NCBI GenBank assembly: GCA_030603245.1
Contig: JAUVYE010000002.1
Span: 61-64,060, forward strand
From: a bacterium
GTDB lineage: Bacteria; Patescibacteriota; Minisyncoccia; Minisyncoccales; DG-74-3
DNA: 64,000 nt
Direction of reading: 5' to 3'
Part shown: positions 55,543 through 62,482 of the stretch, piece after piece
Position numbering within the stretch: the first letter of the stretch is position 1
Layout: each line of letters starts with the position of its first letter
Notes under the pieces: generated by a model
What the model saw: only the letters and a program-made list of their open reading frames with translations
What the model was told of the DNA's origin: nothing
Databases searched by the model: none
Program-made: the position numbers and the translations under genes

Positions 55543-56583
55543 TTAATTTTCTGGAATATTCCTAGAATTTTTTTTTCTTCTAGATGCGACAGCCATCTTT
55601 TTACCCGTAAGCTTGAGGAAGCACTTGCGACATAATATCATATATTTTAATGAAGAGCTCTCTTTTGGATTTAAGCGGGTTATGTAAAAATCTCTTCCCA
55701 TCTCTCGAAAGACAGAAAATCGATCTTTTCCGCACATTTCGCATTTACCGTCCACACGAGAAATTATTTTTTCCCTCCGTTTTCCTCTGAAGACGCCGCT
55801 ACATCTTTCACATAGACCATATTTAAAGTGTGGCAGTATCGTTGTTCCACATTGCTTACACTGGATATAATATCGACTCCATCTTTTCGGTTTTTCTAAT
55901 TTTGTTGCTTTTTTGTTTCCTGTTTCCGCTTTTATTTTTTTTACTCGTTGATCGCGTAATGTTCCGTGCCTTTTCTTTTCTTGTTTTAAAACTTCTTCTA
56001 TATCAATTTCAAATCCTTGATCTATCTTTTCGGCAATTTCCCTTAAGATTCCAATCGTAATAATTTGCCTTATACGTTCTCTCGTTAGTTTCCACTCTTT
56101 CGCGATATGTGCGAGCGTTTTACCTAAACGCCACTCTTCTAACATTGATTTTTCTCGTTCTAGCATAATAAACGAAGGCGACGCAGCTCTTAATCTTTGG
56201 AGCATTCCTTTCCACTGCAATTCAACAGTTATAGTCTTTTCTTTGACGATTTTTTCTGGTTTCCTCAATATTCGCAACTCTTGCCCTCTGAACATTGCTC
56301 GAAGGCTTTCTATCTCTCGTTGCAATGCCTCTTTTTTTTGAAGATCGGATTTAATTTTTGCATATGCATAAATGGCTGTAGTATGATCTCTGTTACCGAT
56401 TCGGCGTCCAATCTCGGGATAAGAATTACGGAGATCCTCACGAAGGAAATACATAATTATGTGTCTTGCTTTTACTAATTCTTTTTTGCGACACCTACTT
56501 CTTATGTCTTTGACAGATACGTTGTAAAACCCAGCGACAGTTTCGATGATTTTTTTAGTAGAAATAATTTTTGTTTCGTTCAT
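55543..56583 (-). CDS. DnaA-domain-IV plus sigma-70-region-4 HTH plus C-terminal Cys-rich (Zn-ribbon) protein
   Basis: 346 aa. N-terminus ..VSVKDIRSRCRKKELVKARHIIMYFLRE..SYPEIGRRIGNRDHTTAIYAYAKI matches the DnaA C-terminal DNA-binding domain. Middle GKTLAHIAKEWKLTRERIRQI. C-terminal CKQCG..CERC..CEMCG..CRKC. Confidence 0.7.
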   Translation of the reverse strand: MNETKIISTKKIIETVAGFYNVSVKDIRSRCRKKELVKARHIIMYFLREDLRNSYPEIGRRIGNRDHTTAIYAYAKIKSDLQKKEALQREIESLRAMFRGQELRILRKPEKIVKEKTITVELQWKGMLQRLRAASPSFIMLEREKSMLEEWRLGKTLAHIAKEWKLTRERIRQIITIGILREIAEKIDQGFEIDIEEVLKQEKKRHGTLRDQRVKKIKAETGNKKATKLEKPKRWSRYYIQCKQCGTTILPHFKYGLCERCSGVFRGKRREKIISRVDGKCEMCGKDRFSVFREMGRDFYITRLNPKESSSLKYMILCRKCFLKLTGKKMAVASRRKKNSRNIPEN

Positions 56584-56615
56584 TTTTTATAAATTCATTG
56601 ATTATCTAGAAATCA

Positions 56616-58703
56616 TTAAGTAGAATTTGATGGAGAATAGGTTTCTTCGAACAGAAATTCTTCCAAATCGACTGTGGCTGCTGTATGAATTTTAGTAATT
56701 AACGCACCCATGATACTATTATCAATTCTATCGGCTCGAAAATTATCTGGATCTCTCTTTTGAAGTTCATATAGAGCTTCTTTTACAAAAATATCCACAT
56801 ATCGTTGGAAAAGATAATCTTTCCATCGTTTTGACTCAGCACCCCCTGATTCTCTTTTTAAAATAGCATTAGCAAGTGAGCTTGAAGTATTGATCCAATA
56901 GATTCCTTCAGGGACATCTTGAGGCCTCTGATAAACTACGGGTTCACGAGGCATGAGTACTACTATTCCTTCGGGCGCAATACCTAAAGGGTCTAGGTCG
57001 TGACCAGATAGTAAAACTTTCGGATGTCTAGATTTTTTACCACTACCTGATTTTGCTTCGATAACAGTTATTTTCATTTCGTCCGAATACTTTCCAGCTC
57101 TAGCAATTATTTTTCCCTCTTCTCCAATGCGCCTCCCAGTAACATTAATGTTCATTACTGCAACTGTTTTTCCTTCTTCGGTTAATTTCACGAAATCTGA
57201 TTTCGCGGTAATTTTATTGTTTTCAAGTTCGATTAGTTGGTTATTGCTTCTAATTGAGATAATGCTTCCGATTGGAATCGGATCTGAGACGGCAGCCTTA
57301 AGAGTTAGAGGTGAACTTTGATTGATTGGTATCTCGGCAGCTCTAAATGTAAATTCAATACCATTCTCTGGAACCTTCAGGAGTTTTCTTAAGAATCGAC
57401 TCTTACCGCTAACGCCAGGTTTTATACCTTCACCGAAGATCTCTGAAAAAACTTTTTTCATAAATTTATCCTTCCAGAGATTAAGAATTTCGTTATGTGC
57501 TGAAGAAAACTTTTTCATTTCTTCACTTCTTTTCTTTTGTTCTTTAGCACTAATTTCTGAAGCAAGTTCGTCAATTCGTTCCGCGATCCAATGAAGAAGA
57601 GCTAAAGTAGTTTCGTTCTCTACCAATTTTGTTCTATCATTCTTTACGCAATCTTCTTGAGGATTCTCTAAAATGGGACATTTACATTCGCCGTAAATAA
57701 AAGAAGCTTGTGGGAATGTCATAACTCTCAATTCGGAAATTCTATATGAAGCAATTATACCTAACTCACCTACGAAATCAATGCGGTTTAAATCGCTTAA
57801 TTTTCCACTTCCGCTCAATGCTTGCTCAGACGTTTTGAGAATAAGTTTACCCGATGAAAATTTTGGATTGGTCAATTTAACCGTAACTTTTTCGTTCCCT
57901 GATTCAAAAATAAGCGTTTTGGGGATTTCTGCTATTTTTGGTTTTTCAAAATCTAGCAATGCTATTATTTTTTCTGGACGCAGAAGATCATGGAGATATT
58001 CTTCATTATAAATAGCGGAAACATTAATTCTTGCCAGGATTCTTCGAGATTGAGGGTGATTTTTAAATTTTTCGATAATTCTTCTTACTTTAATTTTATT
58101 CTTCATATTAGCCGGAGCAAAACCTACCACAACGGTAAAACCGGTTTTACCTAAGAGAATTTTCTGCTTGACGTTAATCGGAAAAATAAGTCGATCTATG
58201 CCTGCTAGTTTCAATGCTTTTTCCGGCTTCATCTTTTTATTTTTATATCCTTTCGCGAAGCCATACTTTTTTCTTTCGTTAAATCCGAAAATATTAAAAT
58301 ATCCATTACTATAAGTAATGAAATGAGAACGATTAAACATCTGACGCATATAAAACTTCCCTCCATTTCCGTGCCCACCGTAGGTTTGCTTTTTTAAACC
58401 TCTTTTCGCGGCTTCCGGATCCCCCCACCTTTTAAGTGCCTTGATGATGTCGTTTTCCGTCATTCCAACGAAATCAATACATTCAATAGAGGCATTACTA
58501 TCTTTACTCTCGGTGAAGCGGAAAATAATATGGTTCTCGGAATCTGGTGTGTCGGTGCGAATATACGCATCGACTGAATTTTTCAACCATTCTGCAAGAC
58601 CCTTTGCATGGTCAAATTTAAATTCATTACCAATAATATCGAGCAAATGATCATCGATAACATTTTTCTCTTCTAAAATTTTTAAAGATGTAATTTTTGC
58701 CAT
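56616..58703 (-). CDS. GHKL-superfamily (MORC/MutL/Hsp90-like) ATPase with a large uncharacterised C-terminal region
   Basis: About 695 aa from the ATG at 58703, since the track start at 58724 is TTG. Bergerat motifs: LAEWLKNSVDAY (N box), IDFVGMTENDI (G1), TYGGHGNGGKFYM (G2). The remaining ~560 aa have no motif I recognise. Confidence 0.7.
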   Translation of the reverse strand: MAKITSLKILEEKNVIDDHLLDIIGNEFKFDHAKGLAEWLKNSVDAYIRTDTPDSENHIIFRFTESKDSNASIECIDFVGMTENDIIKALKRWGDPEAAKRGLKKQTYGGHGNGGKFYMRQMFNRSHFITYSNGYFNIFGFNERKKYGFAKGYKNKKMKPEKALKLAGIDRLIFPINVKQKILLGKTGFTVVVGFAPANMKNKIKVRRIIEKFKNHPQSRRILARINVSAIYNEEYLHDLLRPEKIIALLDFEKPKIAEIPKTLIFESGNEKVTVKLTNPKFSSGKLILKTSEQALSGSGKLSDLNRIDFVGELGIIASYRISELRVMTFPQASFIYGECKCPILENPQEDCVKNDRTKLVENETTLALLHWIAERIDELASEISAKEQKKRSEEMKKFSSAHNEILNLWKDKFMKKVFSEIFGEGIKPGVSGKSRFLRKLLKVPENGIEFTFRAAEIPINQSSPLTLKAAVSDPIPIGSIISIRSNNQLIELENNKITAKSDFVKLTEEGKTVAVMNINVTGRRIGEEGKIIARAGKYSDEMKITVIEAKSGSGKKSRHPKVLLSGHDLDPLGIAPEGIVVLMPREPVVYQRPQDVPEGIYWINTSSSLANAILKRESGGAESKRWKDYLFQRYVDIFVKEALYELQKRDPDNFRADRIDNSIMGALITKIHTAATVDLEEFLFEETYSPSNST

Positions 58704-58704
58704 A

Positions 58705-59316
58705 TTATTGAGTTTTATAATCAATTATATCTTTAAACTTCTTAAGTATAAATTTGTTAAAATCTAATATTTTATTATGTAAAAGCTTTCTTTTTTTGTA
58801 AGATTTTAATTCTTTGATTACACTCTTCATAGCTGCTAGTCTACCTAAAAAATCTATTTTTCCGGTTTTTACGGTTATTCCCAAATAACTATAAAAATCT
58901 GTATCTGATATTTTTGATTCTTCTCTTTGTAGAAACAATCTAAAGCTTTCTAGCGATTTTATGCGCGATATTTCCATTTCGGTATATTTTGAAAAATGAA
59001 GAGAAGGAAGAATACTTTTCCCCTCAACAATTTTATTGATTTTTTTTGCAACCTCTATGCCGTAATTAGTTAGGGAAAAAAGTTTATTATTTATCGAAAC
59101 AAAACCATTTTCTTTGGTTTTATAAAGAGGCCTATGGATAGAGAACGAATCGGGATATTCTGGATAACCGAGTAATTGAAATTCTTCAGGATATTTTTTA
59201 AATAAAGCAACTACAATATCTTCAAATTGAAGAGATTTCTTTTTTTTGCCAGAGAGTTCATAAAGCATTAAGAGAATTTTTTGTGAACGTGATAAATTAT
59301 AAAATAATTTTTTCAT
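58705..59316 (-). CDS. Hypothetical protein with a probable N-terminal winged-helix domain
   Basis: 203 aa. ..ILLMLYELSG..FEDIVVALFKKYPEEF..ENGFVS..LFSLTNYGIEVAKK resembles wH modules such as Mrr_N. Its stop lies 1 nt before the GHKL ATG. Confidence 0.4.
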   Translation of the reverse strand: MKKLFYNLSRSQKILLMLYELSGKKKKSLQFEDIVVALFKKYPEEFQLLGYPEYPDSFSIHRPLYKTKENGFVSINNKLFSLTNYGIEVAKKINKIVEGKSILPSLHFSKYTEMEISRIKSLESFRLFLQREESKISDTDFYSYLGITVKTGKIDFLGRLAAMKSVIKELKSYKKRKLLHNKILDFNKFILKKFKDIIDYKTQ

Positions 59317-59327
59317 GTATTTGATAA

Positions 59328-59549
59328 TTAAAGTTGAAATTCTTTTTCTTTTGGAAAATGAAATTTTGCCCTTACCTCTTTCACCTTTCGCTCAATTTCT
59401 GAAAAAATTTTATTTATCTCTTCTTCTGTATATTCATAAGCACTTCTGTTTGAACAATTTCCAAGCACCCTAAGTCTTTTTAAAACCTCATTAGTTCTAT
59501 AAACGGCTAATCGTTTAAATCTTTCTCTTTTATCATTTTTTGTAATCAT
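59328..59549 (-). CDS. Small helical hypothetical protein, first gene of the GHKL operon
   Basis: 73 aa, basic N-terminus (KRERFKRLAVYRTNEVLKRLR). 11 nt upstream of the next gene. Confidence 0.4.
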   Translation of the reverse strand: MITKNDKRERFKRLAVYRTNEVLKRLRVLGNCSNRSAYEYTEEEINKIFSEIERKVKEVRAKFHFPKEKEFQL

Positions 59550-59587
59550 GTTTTTATGTTATTTAATAAATCCTATCACCATCTTAC

Positions 59588-59608
59588 ATAAGGATATCAT
59601 ATCCTTAT
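59588..59608. promoter_or_regulatory. Perfect 10-1-10 palindromic operator overlapping the GHKL-operon promoter
   Basis: ATAAGGATAT-C-ATATCCTTAT. Covers the -10 (TATCCT, 59591..59596) and most of the spacer. Confidence 0.6.
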
Positions 59609-59619
59609 CGTATTGTCAA
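59591..59619 (-). promoter_or_regulatory. GHKL-operon promoter (TTGACA-17-TATCCT on the minus strand)
   Basis: Read on the reverse complement, about 45 nt upstream of the 59549 start. Confidence 0.55.
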
Positions 59620-59640
59620 TACCCTTATTTGTAAATAAAC

Positions 59641-59666
59641 AAAAATGCCCCGTTTGGGGCTTTTTA
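59641..59666 (-). terminator. Terminator after the restriction endonuclease gene
   Basis: AAAAATGCCCC-GTTT-GGGGCTTTTT (symmetrical). Confidence 0.7.
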
Positions 59667-59715
59667 CTTGATAAAACTTCCTTTGATTTTAAGCAAATTT
59701 TCTTAATTTTTTCTT

Positions 59716-60399
59716 TCATATTCTCAAGTTATGTTTCTTAATAACCAAATTAAGAGCTTTTCTCCACTTAAAAGGATCGTACCAAAAACAACCTTCACAT
59801 CCTTGGGGGTCATGGGGATCAATTTTTTTATCCCATTTTTCACCGCCTTTATAGAAAAAATTAATTCCTGGGAAAGTTCCTCGCAAACCTGTCTTATAAC
59901 ATTTTTGGCAATATCTGCTTTTCCACAGATTATTTGCTCTAGTTAATAACATAAATCTTTCTTGAATTTCTTTATTACTCATATCTAGGGGATTCTCTGG
60001 TTCTTCTTTCCCCCATCTTACTTGTGGAAATTTATGATCAACTTCTAACATGTTTGGAGGGAAATCACTCCTTAAGGTAATTGCTTCAATACATCTATAA
60101 TATTTTTTTATTCTTTTTTTTAATTTCATCGGAAATTTTGAACGAGTAAATATTCGGGCATCTTCTTTTTTTTCTAAAGATACTAATTTTCTATGAACTG
60201 TTTTCTCTTTACATTGTTTGCAATAAACCGTTTTATTCTCAATCTCAAAGCCGTGCTGCCTAATTATTTGTATTGCCTTTGCCGGTTGAGTACCAGGTAG
60301 CTCATGTTTTGAACAATGCCAATCTAAATCGGATAATACAATAAATGTTTTATATAATTTTGTACTTTCCTTAAAAGGAATTTTCTTTTTTTCTATCAT
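59716..60399 (-). CDS. HNH (beta-beta-alpha-Me) restriction endonuclease with Cys-rich Zn sites
   Basis: 227 aa. ..MLEVDHKFPQVRWG..LLTRANNLWKSRYCQKC.. plus CKQCKEK and CEGC. Lies 6 nt downstream of a DNA methyltransferase gene. Confidence 0.65.
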   Translation of the reverse strand: MIEKKKIPFKESTKLYKTFIVLSDLDWHCSKHELPGTQPAKAIQIIRQHGFEIENKTVYCKQCKEKTVHRKLVSLEKKEDARIFTRSKFPMKLKKRIKKYYRCIEAITLRSDFPPNMLEVDHKFPQVRWGKEEPENPLDMSNKEIQERFMLLTRANNLWKSRYCQKCYKTGLRGTFPGINFFYKGGEKWDKKIDPHDPQGCEGCFWYDPFKWRKALNLVIKKHNLRI

Positions 60400-60405
60400 C
60401 GTTTT

Positions 60406-61212
60406 TTATGATTTTTGAAAAACTAAAATATATTCGTGCCTAAAGATATAAAAACCACCGGCCAATGCTCTATATCTCCACAGGTGTTCTTGATTTCGTT
60501 TCGCCCTATTACCTACTATATTCTTAACTAAGATGCTTTTTAACCTTAAATCGGGGTTTTTCATTGTCTCTTGCATAGTGTAAAATGCTAACGGCACCCA
60601 CTCAGAGTTTGTATATTTGTCTCCAATCACAATAGCTAGGTAATGGTTCTTTTCTAATAAATCTGTAAAGTTGTTTACGACGTCTCCAAACTTTTTAAGA
60701 AAATCTTCTAGCGTTTTAGCGTTACACAAATCGTCAGAGTTGTTACTAAATTTGATAATGTCGTGATAGGGTGGGTGCATTATGATAAGTTGGACATCTT
60801 TCTTTCCATAATTTTTTAACATCTGAATTGTTAAATCTCTCGTCTTTTTTTTGGTGCTATCGCCAACGATAATACTTACTTGAATTTTCCCATTGAGAAA
60901 TTTTTGTTTGGCGATATTATTTTTAGCCGCTTTTGCAATTTTTGGAATCAATTCAATTCCTATACCATGTCTTCCTAATCTTCTGCATTCAATTAATGTA
61001 GTGCCACCACCTAAAAAAGCATCTAAAACCACATCTCCTTTTTTAGTAAATCTCCTCATTAGCTGATTAGGGATTTGAGGGATAAAATTACCGTGGTATT
61101 CTCCTGTGTGAGCACCCGATTTATCTCTGGCGCCAATAATCCAAAGACTATCAGTAAAGATGTCTTCGTATTCTTTCCAGTTATTTAAATTTAAATCATT
61201 AATTTTTGACAT
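60406..61212 (-). CDS. Site-specific DNA methyltransferase (N6-adenine or N4-cytosine)
   Basis: 268 aa. Motif I VLDAFLGGGTT and motif IV IMHPPY, with motif I N-terminal to motif IV. Confidence 0.8.
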   Translation of the reverse strand: MSKINDLNLNNWKEYEDIFTDSLWIIGARDKSGAHTGEYHGNFIPQIPNQLMRRFTKKGDVVLDAFLGGGTTLIECRRLGRHGIGIELIPKIAKAAKNNIAKQKFLNGKIQVSIIVGDSTKKKTRDLTIQMLKNYGKKDVQLIIMHPPYHDIIKFSNNSDDLCNAKTLEDFLKKFGDVVNNFTDLLEKNHYLAIVIGDKYTNSEWVPLAFYTMQETMKNPDLRLKSILVKNIVGNRAKRNQEHLWRYRALAGGFYIFRHEYILVFQKS

Positions 61213-61228
61213 ATCTTATTCTATCTTT

Positions 61229-61257
61229 ATTTTATCCTCAATAACTGAAAAATTCAA
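61229..61257 (-). promoter_or_regulatory. R-M operon promoter (TTGAAT-17-TAAAAT on the minus strand)
   Basis: Read on the reverse complement, 17 nt upstream of the 61212 start. Confidence 0.5.
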
Positions 61258-61309
61258 ACACAAGATGAAATTCATATATTAGTAGCTTCTATTGCGATAT
61301 TTTAGCTTA

Positions 61310-61322
61310 AATGTCGCACAAC
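61310..61322 (-). repeat. Box 1 copy (variant)
   Basis: The reverse complement reads GTTGTGCGACATT. It abuts the first 30-nt box 2 repeat. Confidence 0.8.
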
Positions 61323-61350
61323 ATAGATTGTGCGTCTAAATCAAAAAACC
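61321..61350 (+). repeat. Box 2 30-mer, copy 1
   Basis: ACATAGATTGTGCGTCTAAATCAAAAAACC, then hairpin CCAC-TCAATCG-GTGG and a T-run. Confidence 0.9.
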
Positions 61351-61442
61351 ACTCAATCGGTGGCTTTTTAACTTCTTCAAACTAATAACTTAGTTATTGG
61401 CTTGAAAAAAAAGTAGGATATTGTTTTCTTTGTCTAGAGCGT

Positions 61443-61802
61443 CTATTCAAAGAAGATGGCGGTCGTGATCTCCAGGCCAGGCGTTCCCTCCAGGGAAAAA
61501 GTTAGGCCCTTACAATCTACCGAAATACCCAGACTTTCCATTGCATAGTGAACTTGTTTTGCAGTTTCATCTTGTTCTTGCTTGAGATTGATTTCTAGCA
61601 TTTCTTTTGATCCTAATTTAACAAGTTGTATGGATGTTAATGATCTATGGTAAACTTCAGGCTCATTGTCAGATGCTTTGACTGTGTGTATGCTTTTTTT
61701 ACCGTGTAGAGCTTCTTCGTTCTCGATAATGCCAGAAAGGATAGTTTCTTTGTCTCTCTTAAAAAGTCCAGAAAAAAGCTTATGTAGTTCGTTCATTCTC
61801 AT
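61443..61802 (-). CDS. Hypothetical protein
   Basis: 119 aa intact ORF bounded by box 2 copies. No recognisable motif. Confidence 0.4.
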   Translation of the reverse strand: MRMNELHKLFSGLFKRDKETILSGIIENEEALHGKKSIHTVKASDNEPEVYHRSLTSIQLVKLGSKEMLEINLKQEQDETAKQVHYAMESLGISVDCKGLTFSLEGTPGLEITTAIFFE

Positions 61803-61864
61803 CGTTTATTATTCTAACATTAATTTTTTCGTTTGTCAAGAAAAAACTAGTTAAGTGATCTACA

Positions 61865-61894
61865 ACATAGATTGTGCGTCTAAATCAAAAAACC
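61865..61894 (+). repeat. Box 2 30-mer, copy 2
   Basis: Identical 30-mer ACATAGATTGTGCGTCTAAATCAAAAAACC. Confidence 0.9.
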
Positions 61895-61927
61895 GGACCA
61901 GAGGACTTTTTTTATCTTATTTCCCAA

Positions 61928-61956
61928 TTGATTTTTTTCTAAAAATAATGTATAAT
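61928..61956 (+). promoter_or_regulatory. Promoter (TTGATT-17-TATAAT) of the CxxC protein gene
   Basis: Read directly, 28 nt upstream of the ATG at 61985. Confidence 0.6.
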
Positions 61957-61984
61957 TTATACTGTAAAAACTAATAATAAACAT

Positions 61985-62371
61985 ATGGGAAATTTTAAAC
62001 GAGGAGATCGTGTTATGCATAAGGTAGTTTGTGATCAGTGCGGAAAGCCTTGCGAAGTACCCTTTCGTCCAACTGGCGATAAGCCGGTATATTGCAGTAG
62101 TTGTTTTGAAGGTAAAAGAAAAACTCGTGGGACAGGTGATAGATTTTCTAAAAATAAATTTAGTGGTCAAAAAACTGATTTTGGAAGCAAAGGAAATAAC
62201 GATGAGTTAAAGAAACAGTTAGTAATATTGAATGGAAAAATGGATCAACTTATTAAGGCGGTAGAGGCTATGGCAAATACTAAAACCATAGAGAAGAAAG
62301 CAATAAAAAAGACGCGGACAGTTAAGGATAAAAAATCAGCGAAGAAAGTAGTAAAAAAGAAGAAAAATTAA
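61985..62371 (+). CDS. CxxC-x17-CxxC zinc-ribbon protein with a basic tail
   Basis: 128 aa. CDQCGKPCEVPFRPTGDKPVYCSSC has exactly 17 residues between the Cys pairs. K-rich C-terminus. Confidence 0.65.
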   Translation: MGNFKRGDRVMHKVVCDQCGKPCEVPFRPTGDKPVYCSSCFEGKRKTRGTGDRFSKNKFSGQKTDFGSKGNNDELKKQLVILNGKMDQLIKAVEAMANTKTIEKKAIKKTRTVKDKKSAKKVVKKKKN

Positions 62372-62421
62372 ATGGATAAAAAGCCGTCTTCTCGGGCGGT
62401 TTTTTGTTTTTGAGTTCTAGA

Positions 62422-62451
62422 ACATAGATTGTACGTCTAAATCAAAAAACC
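62422..62451 (+). repeat. Box 2 30-mer, copy 3
   Basis: ACATAGATTGTACGTCTAAATCAAAAAACC (1 mismatch), then hairpin CGCC-TGATT-GGCG and a T-run. Confidence 0.9.
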
Positions 62452-62482
62452 GCCTGATTGGCGATTTTTTAACTTTTTAAAT

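Noticed and set aside
61321-62451. Possibility that the 30-nt direct repeats are a CRISPR array
   Set aside because: The spacing is 544-1571 nt rather than 25-50 nt, and complete genes lie between copies. No cas genes are present in the window.
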